A stretch of DNA of 64,000 bases, from positions 27,218,001 through 27,282,000 of the forward strand of contig NW_027361754.1 in NCBI RefSeq assembly GCF_039654945.1, in the 5' to 3' direction. Below are positions 1 through 12,230 of the stretch, piece after piece. The translations under genes and the position numbers were made by a program. How positions within the stretch are numbered: the stretch's first letter is position 1; the number at the start of each line of letters is the position of its first letter. The notes beneath the pieces are model-generated. The model made no database searches and was not told where the DNA came from. It was given only the letters and a program-made list of their open reading frames with translations. Source of the DNA: Dendrobates tinctorius (lineage: Eukaryota).

Positions 1-1558
1 TGGCAACACCTCTCGTGCAATCCTGCTTTCACGTAAACGCCGATCAACCTGAATGGCTAATGACATAGAATCGTCCAGACCAGAGGGAACAGGAAATCCC
101 ACCATAGTATCTTTTACGGCTTCTGACAAACCCTTCCGAAAGAGAGCAGCCAAGGCATTATCTTTCCAGGTAGTAAGGACCGCCCACTTTCGGAACTTTT
201 GACAGTACAACTCTGCAGAATCTCGACCCTGGTTCAATGCCAACAGGGTCTTTTCAGCCTGATCAATAGCATTAGGTTCGTCATACAACAACCCCAAGGC
301 TTGAAAGAATGCGTTCACATTAGTCAGAATAGGATCATCTGGTTTCAAAGAAAACGCCCAATCCTGGGGATCGCCACGCAGCAAAGAGATGACAATTTTA
401 ACCTGCTGCGCGGAGTTCCCTGACGAGTTAGGCTTTAAGGCAAAAAATAATTTACAATTATTTTTGAAACGCAAAAATTTAGATCGATCCCCAAAAAATA
501 CATCAGGTGTAGGGATCTTTGGTTCAACAGCATGCGAACGAGCAAGGTAGGCGGAAATTCCCCGCACTTCTGCAGCGAGCTGCTCCACATGATCAGACAA
601 TTGCTTTATCTCCATTGAGAGAAAAAAAAATTCCCCCTACGGCCTCAGAGATATAGAGGAAATAATACACACACTCTTTTTTTTTTTTTTTTTTTTAAAC
701 ACAATTCTTTCCTGCTATTGAGTACCCTAGGATCTGCGGTGTGGCGGGTGATTCTGTTATGAATGAGTCACCGTAGGAGGCAAAAACAGAAATGCTAGCT
801 AAGTCCAGAAAACCAGAGAAGTTGGCAGCTATCGGATTGCAGACCCCTGAACCTATCAACACAACTAGCAGTAGCCGTGGGGGGTTCCTACGATGCCCTA
901 GACCCCTCGATCACAGCCAGAGGACTATATAGTCTAAAGACAGAAAGGGAAATCTAAACTGCCCCAGAGCAGGCCCCAAAGCAAAAGGCAGCCCCCAACA
1001 TATAATGACGGTGAAGCAAGAAGAAAGAACACTAACACAGACAGAAAGATAGATTGAGCAAAGACGGGGCCCAAGCTAACTAGATAGGAAAGGACAGGAA
1101 GGCTGCTGTCTGCAATCCGTGAAAAACCCTATGAAAATAAGAGCCAACAGACTGACAGTGAAAAAGGCCCTGAAGACGTTAGGCTTCAAAAAGGCTATGT
1201 CAGTACTCAGGAATATTCTGAAGACAGAGCAACCGGCAAAAGGAGATTCAGCTCACCCCAGCAGGGAATGGCAGAATCCAGAAAAGCAAAGCAAACAAAA
1301 ACAAAACACAAATGCTAACAGGCAAAGCAGAAAACTTAGCTTTAGAGGAACAGGAATCAGACTGGTCTCCTAGAAGTCCACAGAGAAATCACCCGCAGGG
1401 CAGAAGGGCGTCGGCAGCCTTATATCCTGTCCGTGACTCCACTCAGCCAGTCATCATCATTAGGCTCAGGTGCCTGATAATCAGGCTCATTACCTTCCTT
1501 TACCAGAATAGGGAGTTCACCAGACCTCAGTGACGAAGGGGAAAATTAACTCACAACA
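1..1558 (-). mobile_element. Ty3/Gypsy element, 5' part: LTR (755-1558) and gag running off the window edge
   Basis: LTR has TG...CA ends. The minus strand of 1-440 translates as GNSAQQVKIVISLLRGDPQDWAFSLKPDDPILTNVNAFFQALGLLYDEPNAIDQAEKTLL, a sushi/PEG10/RTL1-type gag. The same LTR plus leader recurs at 63098-64000. Confidence 0.85.
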
Positions 1559-1614
1559 AGGTCCTACTGGTTGAGTTCTTCCCCCTCCCTCCTTTGTACG
1601 GAGTATGGCCTTTT

Positions 1615-2116
1615 TGTTATGGATCTGCAGCACAGGACTAGGGTAGAAGGGAGAAAACTGACCCTGCACTATGACTAGACTGATACCATATGATGGAGTG
1701 GGCGACCATACCTTCCAAATAGACCCACCGACGATCCTGGGTTAATCTCAAACGAAGACCTATAGATAGGGGGAGGGGGGTCCCTGAAAGATCTAAGGAC
1801 TGGGTACAACAACGGGTCACCTCTAATAGTAAACACAGAGAAGGCTGCAGAAACCAACTGAAAACAGAAACTAAGACTAGCACTTCCAGAGGTCCCAGCA
1901 CTGCAGAAATTAAACACACAGAAGGCAAAGCAGAGCACCAAGCCAGAACTCGAGGATTAACACTGTTGTCCAGCAAGGACTGGAAGACAGGTGCTGGTTA
2001 ATAAAGAGGGATACAATCACTTGACCCAAGACAAACCCAGCACCAGAGGAAAAAGACCAGCAGCCAGAACACCACAAGAAAATGGCAGATAGTCACAAAC
2101 TAAACAGATTCTAACA
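1615..2116. mobile_element. Probable solo LTR
   Basis: Termini TGTTA...TAACA. Flanks CCTTTT/CCTTTA form an imperfect TSD. Confidence 0.55.
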
Positions 2117-2477
2117 CCTTTAACGCATGTGTGCTGCTCTTTCCTAGGGATAAAGTTCAGGTTACACAAAGCAAACTAAAACAAAGTCCTTTGCAGCAGC
2201 CAGGTACAGTCCGCTTTTTTTTTTTATCCCAGGGCAAATAACCCCTCAGGGTCAAAATCCTGCAATCCAGCGGGGGGAGGTGCAACGGGCGCAACAGAAC
2301 TTGGGGGAGGGGGAAAATACAATGTTCCATATTAAAGTTCAACCGTAGACACACCGGCCACACTGCACTCAACTCCACACTAGGCTCTGGTGCTACAGGG
2401 CTCCTCTGCCACAGGAACGCGGAACAGTCCCATTTTCCATTTTCTATCAATAGGTGCAACAAGCACAACTCTCCTTT

Positions 2478-2924
2478 TCAAGTGATCCTTGTCAGTCTCT
2501 GTCCCAGGGGCACTCGTCCTGTGCCGCTGTATCCCAAATTGGGCTCTGTGCCCTTGCTCCAGGGGGTAACGGTAGTTCCGAGGCCACTACAGGTGTCATG
2601 TCCCCCCAGTGTCAACAACAGGGCAGATGCAGAGCCCGGCCGTGCAACAGGCAGGGAACGTGAGGATGATTGTGCCCATCCCTGGCGCTCATGTAGTTCC
2701 GGGTCATCCTCTGCGAGTGACAGAGCGACCACAATGGCATAATACCCCCAGGGTCCATGCTCTTTGAAAAAGGTGACCAAATCTCCTTCCCTCAGGGGCC
2801 TCTGGAACTTGACCAAGCTAGCATTCACATACACCTTGTCATCGGTGTAGGCCTCATGGATTAAGCCATATCCGCGAGATGGGTTGGTATGCACCAACAC
2901 CCCGCTGGTCCACCGTCCAGCCAT
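2478..2924 (-). CDS. Repeat-borne ORF with cold-shock (OB-fold) domain-like segment
   Basis: GVLVHTNPSRGYGLIHEAYTDDKVYVNASLVKFQRPLREGDLVTFFKEHGPWGYYAIVV follows the CSD pattern: RNP1-like RGYGLI, RNP2-like VYVN, LxEGDxVxF, GxxGxxAxxV. Confidence 0.5.
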   Translation of the reverse strand: MAGRWTSGVLVHTNPSRGYGLIHEAYTDDKVYVNASLVKFQRPLREGDLVTFFKEHGPWGYYAIVVALSLAEDDPELHERQGWAQSSSRSLPVARPGSASALLLTLGGHDTCSGLGTTVTPWSKGTEPNLGYSGTGRVPLGQRLTRIT

Positions 2925-3031
2925 TGCACCCCCTCCTGGTTGGCGCAGCTCTGGCCAGATTTCTCTCTCTCCTTCTTCCCATCAATCACCCCGCTATTCA
3001 CGCTGCCTGCCTAGGGGATGGGAAGGGACCC

Positions 3032-3855
3032 TGTTATGATTGAGTCACCGAGGAGGAAAAAACAAAACACAAGCTCAGCCCAGAAAATCAGAGAGGTTGG
3101 AAACTAGCGGATTGCAGACCCCTAATCCTATCACACAGCTAGCAGTAGCCGTGGAGTGTTCCTACGGTGATCGTAGACACCTCGTCACAGCCGGAGATCT
3201 AAATAAGCCTAAAGAGAGAAAAGGGAAAAACTGACTGCCCCAGAGCAGACCCCAAAGCAATAGGCAGCCCCCAACATATAATGACGGTGAAGCAAGATGA
3301 AAACACTAACACAGATAGAATGATAGGTTGAGCAAACGATGGGGCCCAAGCTAACTAAAAAGGACAGGACAGAAAAGCTGCTGTCTGCAATCCGAGAAAA
3401 CCCTGCTAAAAATATTACCAGCACAACTGATAAGCAAAAAGGACCCTGAAGTCACTAGACTTCAAACCCTATATCAGTACTCAGAATATTCTGAAGGCAG
3501 AGCAAAAGAGAACACTGATCAAGGAATAAGAATCCAGCACACCCCCAGCCAGGGATGGCTGAACTCCAAAAAACAAGGTAAACAAAACCAAAACTAATAA
3601 GTTCAATAGCAGAGCAAAAACTTATCTTTGGGAAGCAGGAATCAGACTGGTCTCCAAGAATCCAGCAGAGAAATCACCAGCCACTCAGAAGGGCGTTGGC
3701 TGCCTTATATCCAGTCTGAAATTCCTGTTACCCAGTCACAATCCACCAGATCAGGTGTTTGGTTTCTTTCATCCAAATCAGCCTCACTACCTTCCTTCAC
3801 CAGAAGAGGGAGATCCTCGGACACAAAAGGTGAATGAACAGATGAGCTCACAACA
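3032..3855 (-). mobile_element. Solo LTR (family A) with 6-bp TSD GGACCC
   Basis: Homologous to the 755-1558 LTR. TGTT...AACA termini. GGACCC at 3026-3031 and 3856-3861. Confidence 0.85.
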
Positions 3856-6399
3856 GGACCCTCTCCTTCCTGGTATCAGGTTGATGGACCAAGGGACGGA
3901 ACGTCTATGAATATGGGCCTGCGCTCCAGGGTGTGGGACTAAGTTCCACTCATCGCCTGCTCATCGTCCCGCTCCGGCTGTTCCGGTATCCCGGCCGCGA
4001 TCACTCCGCGATCGCCAGACTCCAACCGCACAGACAAATCCTATTGGTCTAACTAATCCCTATCATATCTACTGTGCTGCCCCCTACTGGTCTAAGTCCT
4101 ACACTATCCCTATATCTTCACAACACATAAAGATAGGTACAATGCACAACACAGTATATCAACATTACACAACATATGGAATATACTGCTTTTGCAGGGA
4201 CAAATGCAAGGAGTGCCGGACATTAAATTGGCCCCCGTACCCCTTACAGACATCAGACTTTATATAGGGGCCTGTGGTGGACATCATACTGTGTAGGGGT
4301 CTGTGGTGCTTCTCATATTGTATACTGGGGGCTGTGGTGTATGCCATACTTTATGGGAGGCTATGGTTACAATCTTACTGTGTGGGGTGCAGTAGGACAT
4401 TATACTTTGCATAAGGTATATGGGACAATCATGGGGTCATCATACTTTGTGGGGGCATAATACGCTACGGGGGCATGACAGGGGTGTCATTGTGAGTGAG
4501 ACCACTTAGGGGCTTCAGTAGGGGCAAATTAACTGTCTAACTGCTGCAATACATTTCCTTCTCTATTTCTTAAAATGTGTGGAGATTTGCTCTTTTTTGA
4601 CTGTGAAGTGATAGCACTTTTTCTATGTTACCTCTTATTTCTATGTCCACCCTGCTCCGGAGCGCTCCGGAGCATTTTTACAACAAAGAGGCACTGAGAG
4701 TCATTATTAAAAGGAGGCACAATGGGGGGATTGTTATCATTATGGGTCAGCAAGGAGGCATTATTATTAATATAAGAAAGCACAGGGGGTGTTTGTCTTA
4801 TTATTATAGGGAGGTACAATGTCATTATTATACGAAGTCAAGGGAGGCATTATTAAAGGAGGCACAGGGGAATTATTGTAAGGTATCACAAGTTATGATT
4901 TGTGTAGAGGTGATAGAATGTGAGGAGGGTTCTGGAATATCAGTAAAGTGAAGATGTCTGTGTGTTACATTTTACAGGGAAGAGTTATGAATGGAAGAAG
5001 AGGTCATGGTGGTCTGGACCGAATGCATAGGAAAAGGGAAAATGAATAACAACAATCGGTGAGACGTCACTGGTGAAAACCTGCAAAATATTAACATATA
5101 GGGTCTACAGAGCACTGGCATAGACCTGATATCACCATTACATGGTCACTGTATGGTGGTGATATCAGTTCTAGTAGAGTGGTTTTGGTTACAGTAGTTG
5201 TCCAAGCTTGAGGTTACAGTCAGCAGTGACTGTATGTGACCCTATGTAACTGCAGACTTCTGATTCCTTGCAGAACTTGTGAGGATTCTCTGGTGACGGC
5301 GCTGGGAGTTTGTGGTCATCGGCAGTGGCGTAACTTGAACAGCATGGGCCCCAATGCAAAAGCTCTAATGTAGCCCCAATTATTACAAGTCTAATAGGAT
5401 TGGCCTTTTTATGTAGGCCAAAGAAACTTTTGGTGCCCCTAGATTCCAGGGCCCTGGTGCAATTGCAACCCTCGTACCCACTGTAGTTACACCCCTGATC
5501 ATGCTACCGTAACTATATGATTTGCATACATGCGATCACCTGCTAACTAGACGTGCGTGGTCTCACTCAATACAAGTGAAATTAGCAAAGCTGAGGACAA
5601 TTAGTCAGAATGTGGCCAGAGGTGTGAAGATCGGAGTTACATAATGGCCGCGCCCAATGTCAGCACCGGAGAATCCTCAGTGTGCGCTATGAGGATTCAG
5701 AAATCCCTTAATCCTAACTCTAATATTTGATAAAACATGTAGAGTATCAGGAAAGAAGTCTAGTCATGGACCATATTCATGAACTGGGTGCCAATTTTTG
5801 CACGTTATCCTCACATGCAATAGTCAATAATTTGGAGAATTGGTTGAATTTATAGATTATTTGCAATATTTTAAATTGGATAAAACCTTTTGATGCCTGG
5901 TCAGATTAGGTGTACATATACTAGAGATGTGGAACTCTGTAGAGGGTCACAAGCAAAGTATCAAAACTTTTGGAACTCCGATCCCTAATGCCTTCTAATT
6001 TAAGCAACCAAGACACGAGACGTATTGCTGAGTTTAATTTTATTGAACAGAATGCGAATAGCACAAAGATAAGGCAATGATGGAAAGATGACGTAAACAT
6101 CGTAATATTGGGATACTGCACTGGCACAGGTGACAGAAGGGATCTTTGTTGTTCATATTAGTTACAGGTAGATTACCTGATCTGAGCTCTTACTATGGAG
6201 GTAAACTGAAAGGTCTGTAAACAACAAAGAAAAGTCAAAGATGGTTCTATGCTCTTGAGAGGCTGGGGCTTGTAACTGAGTAAACAATGTAGACAGAAAA
6301 TACAAGCTCTAGCATTCTATTAGTGGAATAGCACCGCTAATAATTGTAATGTTGAGTTGTATCATAGCTGGTCACTTTGTTCTTCAGTCTTCGGGTAAT

Positions 6400-9300
6400 T
6401 CAGTTTTTGGTGGAAATGCCCGTATTGATGAAATCTTGGATCTTGTCTCGGACCTTTATCTGCAGATGCTCCACTTGATCCTGAACGGTTACAGTATATT
6501 CTCCAAACTTCTTCTTCATGTCCTCGACTCTCTGTACCAGATCCTTGTTGAGGGCATCTGCATATGGGGTCATTGTGTCTTTGAACTCTACGATCTTCTG
6601 GTCCATCTTCTGGTTCATCTCGGTAAGGTAGGGATCCAATGTCTGCTTGATGTTTGTCATATCTCCATCCAGCTTGGTTCTCAGCTCATTGGCATAGGGG
6701 TAGAGTTGCTCTTTTAGTTGCCCAGTGAACTCAAACATTTTGCTTTCCATATGCTCAACGTTCTTCTTCATCTGGAAGTCCATGTTCTTGATCTTCGTTC
6801 GCAGTTCTTCCTGTACATCCTCAGCATAGGGTTCTAGGCTTTTATATAGCTCTTGGAGTTGTTGGTCAACATTATCTTTGACTTTCTCGGTGATGGGAAT
6901 TAGTTGCTTTCTGAGTTGTTCTACATTGTCGTCTATGGTAGCCTTGAGTTCTTGGGAAAATGGGGTCAATGATGACTGTATCTGGTCTGTGTTTTCTCTG
7001 ATCTTGGTCTCTAGATCCTTTGTTACACTCTTCAGCTGCTCACTGAGTGTCTCTGTGTTTTTGTCCAGCTGGGCTTTAATCTCTTCCGCATAAGGTGCAA
7101 GTTTTACCCGAAGTTCTTCTGTATTCTTAGTAAGCTGCTTCTGTACTTCCTCGGCATAAGGAATCAGCTTGTCCTTCAATTTCTCCAGCTCTTGTCTAAT
7201 TTCATCCTTCAGTCTTTCAGGATCTTGAGTTAGTTGGTCATGCATCTGCTTGACAAATGGACCAAGTTTTTGCTGCAGTTCTCCTGCATAAAGATTAATG
7301 CTCTTCAGGTTTTCGTCAATTAGACCACTGTGGAGAGCAAAAAATAATAATTATGGAACAACCTCTAAAATATAAAAAAAAATTCTTGTAATGTGCATAA
7401 AAGTATTGTGAACACTTCTGTGGTATTTTCATGGACTTTGCTTTGTCAGAATAAGTAGTTCACTGCCTTTCACTATCTGTGGCAGTGCCATAGGTATGAA
7501 TGGACCAGTGGCATGAACGTGTGGCCATAAGATGAAAACAAAGAAGAAGGAAATTATGAAATAGTGAAGAAGAGGAAAGAGCTTGTAATCATGATAGACA
7601 ATGTCAATGTGTAATGAAGGAATGCGGGAGGAGGAAGAGAATGCAAAGCAAAAAAGCAGTAAAGTTTGGAAAACAGAATGAACAGAAGTGGCCCAGGATG
7701 GGGGACATTATACATGGAAGGAACTCAGGATGGAAGACATTATACAAGGATGGAGCCCAGGATGGGGGACATTATACATGGATGGAGCTCAAGCTTGGGG
7801 TTAATATGCCAGAAGCGGGCCTAGGATGGGGGGCATTATACAAGGAAGAAGCCCAGGATGGGGGGCTCTAGACATGGAAGGAGATCAGACTTGGAGTTAT
7901 TATACCAGAAGGGGACCCAGGATGGGGGACATTAAATAAGGAAGGAGCTCAGGATGGGGGACATTATACAAGGAAGGAGCCCAGGATGGGGGATATTATA
8001 CATGGAAAGAACTCAGATTTGGGGTTATTATAGCAGAAGGGGGCCCTGGATGGGGGACATTAAATAAGGAAATAGCCCAGGATGGGGGACATTATACAAG
8101 GAAGGAGCCCAGGATGAGGGACATTATACAAGAAAGGATCTCAGGCTTGGGGTTATTATACCAGAAGGAGGCCCAGGATGGGGGGACATTAAACAAGGAA
8201 ATAGCCCAGGATGAGGGACATTATGCAAGGAAGGAGCCAAGGATGGAGGACATTATACATGGAAGGAACTCAGGCTTGGGGTTGTTATGCCAGAAGGGGC
8301 CCCAGGATGGGGAACATTATACAAGGAAGGAGCCCAAGATGGAGGTCATTATACAAGAATTGGGCTCAGGCTTTGGGCCATTATACCAGAAGGGGGCCCA
8401 TGATGGGGGATTTTATACCAAAATGAGGTACAGCATGGGGGGTCATTTTACCAGAATGAGGTCCAGAATGGGGGACATTATACCAGGATGGGTGATATTG
8501 TTAAAGAAAGGTGTCAGGATGGGGGACAATATTACAGTAACGGGCCCAAGATGGAGAACATTATACCAGGAAGAGGCCCATGATAGGGGACATTGTAAGA
8601 GGAAGAGGCCCAGGATGGGGGTCATCATACTAAAATGATTTCAAAGATGGGGGTCATTATAAAGGAAGGGGCCGATGATAGGGGCCATTATACCAAGATG
8701 GGTGTCACTATTACAGAAATTAGCCAGGATAGGGGATATTATACTAGTAAGGGGTCCATAATGGGCAAGATTATACCAGGATGGGGTACAATATACAGGG
8801 AGGGAGTCCAGGATGGGGGACATTATACAAGGAAGGAGCTCAGGATGGGGGACATTATACAAGGAAGGAGCCCAGGATGGGGGACATTATACATTGAAGG
8901 AACTCAGACTTGGGTTTTTTTTACCAGAATGTTGCCCAGGATGGGGACATTAAACAAGGAAGGAGCCCAAGATGGGTGACATTAAACACGGAAGGAGCCC
9001 GGGATGGGGGACATCATACAAGGAAGGAGACCAGGATGTTTGACAGTATACAAGGAAGAAGCCCAGGATGGGGGATATTATACATGGAAAGAGCTCAGGT
9101 TTGGCATTATTATACCATAATGGGGCCCAGGAAGGAGCCCAAGATTGGTGACATTAAATAAGGAAGGAGCTCAGGATGTTGGACATCAAACAAGGAAGAA
9201 ACCAAGGATGGGGGACATTATATAAGGAAGGAGCTCAGGATGGGGGACATTATACAAGGAAGGAGCTCAGGATGGGGGACATTATACAAGGAAGAAGCTC

Positions 9301-11813
9301 AAGATGGGGGATTTTATGCAAGGAAGAAGCCCAGGATGGTGGTGTTTATACAAGGAAGGGGGCCTATGATGGAGGTTATTATACCAGAATGAGGTCCAGC
9401 ATGGGGGGTCATTTTACCAGAATTAGGTCCAGAATGGAGGTCATTATACCAGGATGGGTGACATTGTTAAAGAAAGGTGTCATGATGGGGGACATTATTA
9501 CATTAACAGGCCCAAGATGGGGGACATTATACCAAGAAGAGGCCCATGATAGGGGTCATTATAACAGGAAGAAACTCAGGATGGGGGTCATCATACCAGA
9601 AATGTTTCAAGGATGGGGGTCATTATACAGGAAGGGGCCCATGATAGGGGACAGTATACCAAGATGGGTGTCACTGTTACAGAAATTGGCAAGGATAGGG
9701 GATATTATACTAGGAAGGGGGCCATAATGAGTAAGATTTTACCAGGATGGGGGACATTATACCAGAATGGGTGACATTGTTATGGAAAAGAACAAGGAAG
9801 GAGGATATTATTACAGTAAGGGTCCTAGTTTGGGGCACATTATACGAGGAAGGGGCCAAGAATAGTGGACATTATAACAGGAAGAGTCCCAGAATTGGCG
9901 TCATTATACCAGAATGAGATCCAGGATGGGTTACATTGTTACTGAAAAGAGCCAGGATGGGGGACATTATTACAGAAAGAGGCCCAGGAAGGGGGACATT
10001 ATTACAGAAAGGAGCCAAAATAGGGGACATTATTACAGAAAGTGGCCCTGGATGGGAGACATTATTACATGAATGGGACAGGACGGGGGGCATTATTACA
10101 GGAAGGGACAGAACGGGGATATTATTACAGAAAGGGGCAGGGCGGGGATATTATTCCAGGAAGGTGCCAAGATGGGGACACTATTATATGTATGTCTGTA
10201 TAGGATCTAAAATGCTGCAAACGCCATTACATCTGAACAACATGGAGATGGGATACAGGTCCAAATTTTGCACAGGGGCCAATGGGACTCCAATTACGCC
10301 ACTGATCCTTTCTATGATATTTTTATGCATATATTCAATTTTAAAGCATAGAGACACCCTTGGTTCCTTTCTCATTCAGCCACTCTGTAACTGTCTACAA
10401 CTTTCTGATAACAACAATAGAATAGTAATAAAACCAGTACTACATCAGCAATCACATCAGTGCATTCAGTCTGCGGTGACTGCCGTCTGTGCATATTTTG
10501 GACACCTACTTTAGCTGTCTGCTGATGTCAGATTGCTGTATCTGCTCCACTTTGTCTTTGGTGTTGCTGGACAGCTGGGTGAAGTAATTCCAGAAAGCAT
10601 CACTTATCTCGTCAGTGCTGATCTCGGCTTGAGATCCTAGGGCAGAAAAACAGATAGTAGAAAGTCACATACTATTCATCATACAAATAGAATAATATTG
10701 TATAGAGAATAACCCTCACTTTCATTTTTGTCATAAATAAATAATACAGATGACAATAAGCAGCTTCGTAATATATCTTATTAGAAAAATCTGCTTCTTT
10801 TTCCTCCAGGACTGATCTTTCACTCTCAAAATTCTCAATTCACAGGTAAAATGTGTCTTTAGTGACTACAAACCTTCCCACTACTGAGATAGGAGATGAC
10901 AGTTGGTGCTTATAAAGTTCTATGGAGAACTGTATTAGTCATTTCAGTAGAATGTCTGCGTCGACCTTTAGCTCCACCTTCTCCTTAGAATTTTAAAAGC
11001 ACCAACTGTCTTCACTGTAATGGGAACATATGTCTTCCTTAAATACAGATTTTATAGATTTTACCCCTGAATTAAGAGTGAAAGCTCAGTCCGGAAGGAG
11101 AAAGAAACAGATTTCTCTAATAAGATGTATTACAAAGTTGCTTATTTTCATCTCTACTATTGATTTGTGAAATATTAAAATCACAGTTACTCTTCAATGA
11201 TTGTTGATAGGTTATAGTTCAGGAGTAGTTATTGGTGGGGTTCAGGGTCTACAGACCCCTGGAAACAAAGAGGAAAAATGGATGAGCTTATATTCAAGTG
11301 AGAGCAAAGTGGCATATGGAGCCATAAACTTTTTATTAAAGAGGTTCACCAGGCTTAAGATATCAATATCAGATCAGTGGGGGGGGATTCTCCACCCAAT
11401 GCCCCCCATTGAACAGCTGTTTTCAGCTACATGTGGTGGTCTCCTGATGTGAGTACTAAAAAAGGGGCTGTAGCCTGTAACATATTGAAAATGTAGATAT
11501 CCTTTTATTTATCATATGAAAAAATACATATATGGAAGTATGAATACATTGTATCACTGGAAGTATATCATGATATATTCACCCATCAGTCTTTAGTTAT
11601 GGAGGTTGCAGAGGTCGCAACCCAGGGTCTGGTGACTTAGATGTTTAAATGACCCTATATCACATAAGAAGAGAATATTGTGGCACATGGTATCTGGTAT
11701 TTCCTCTTAGAATTTGGTACCAGAGTCCTACACTCAGATACTATTCACCTAGACATTTACTGACCTGTGATTGCGCACACAACTAGCGCCAGACCTAGGA
11801 CTTTCAGCAGCAT
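6400..11813 (-). CDS. apoa4: Apolipoprotein A-IV-like, copy 1; complement(join(6400..7327,10510..10636,11765..11813)), 367 aa
   Basis: All introns are GT-AG (phases 1 and 2). Signal peptide MLLKVLGLALVVCAIT-GSQA. The 127-bp exon reads EISTDEISDAFWNYFTQLSSNTKDKVEQIQQSDISRQLN, resembling human [39 protein letters not shown]. The 928-bp last exon consists of Pro-punctuated 22-mer amphipathic repeats. Good Kozak context (ACCACCATG), TGA stop at 6400-6402, AATAAA at 6039-6044 on the minus strand. Confidence 0.93.
7690..10190. repeat. G-rich minisatellite (~31-32 bp unit, AGGAAGGAGCCCAGGATGGGGGACATTATACA) in the last intron of apoa4 copy 1
   Basis: Dozens of degenerate tandem copies. These explain the repetitive ORFs at 7614-10514. 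Confidence 0.92.
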
Positions 11814-12027
11814 GGTGGTTCTCTGTACAGGTCAACCTTGTCCCAATGGTGAAAATCTACAACAACAAATGAAAAGAAATTTCAAAAGTAAAGAAATGGA
11901 TGGAAAATCATAAAACTAAGGATGATTTCTGTGCTTGCAAGAAGTGGTAGTTCGCCAAGACCCTAGGATCTTGTAAAAGTTCTGCAAGTCTCCTTATTCA
12001 GGAAGGATGGATGAGATTGCTCCTTAC

Positions 12028-12230
12028 CTGATCCCTTGGTGTTTAGATCTGAGGATGAAGTTGTGCCACTGCCGGCCCTTTATATTAGAGCATCTCTACT
12101 TTGGCTGATCTCCAAGGCAGCTTCATGGACTTTAGATCAGATGTGGAGTTCATGACGTGTCTCTGTTTTTAAAGTGATGCTGGAAGTCTGAAAAGCTTGG
12201 TGAGCAATGATCTCTGAGTCACAGTCATAA
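12028..12230 (-). promoter_or_regulatory. apoa4 copy 1 non-coding exon 1 and proximal promoter
   Basis: Donor CAG|GTAAGG at 12028/12027 and acceptor at 11857/11856. TATAAA at 12079-12084. HNF4-like TGGACTTTAGATCA at 12126-12139, TGACGTG at 12153-12159 and AP-1 TGAGTCA at 12215-12221. All of these are shared with the copy 2 promoter. Confidence 0.75.

Larger units (their letters stand above)
2117..4248 (-). mobile_element. Degenerate LTR-like element carrying a cold-shock-domain-like ORF, interrupted by a solo LTR
   Basis: The minus strand begins TGTAAGGGG...TAATGTCC, like the LTR at 17195. It contains ORF 2478-2924. Confidence 0.45.

Noticed and set aside
6349-7093. Plus-strand ORFs opposite the apoa4 last exons (also 30393-30941)
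   Set aside because: These are antisense shadows of the real coding exons.
7614-10514. Many repetitive ORFs (GPRMGDII / QDGGHYT) resembling a repeat protein
   Set aside because: They are translations of a 31-32 bp minisatellite in several frames, located antisense within an apoa4 intron.
6400-11813. Copy 1 as APOA5 or APOE, given its position downstream of apoa4
   Set aside because: It has identical exon sizes, gap-free high identity to copy 2, a shared promoter, and ApoA-IV-type motifs (YAGELQQKL.PF, FQMKKN, LNK.LVQ, RDK).
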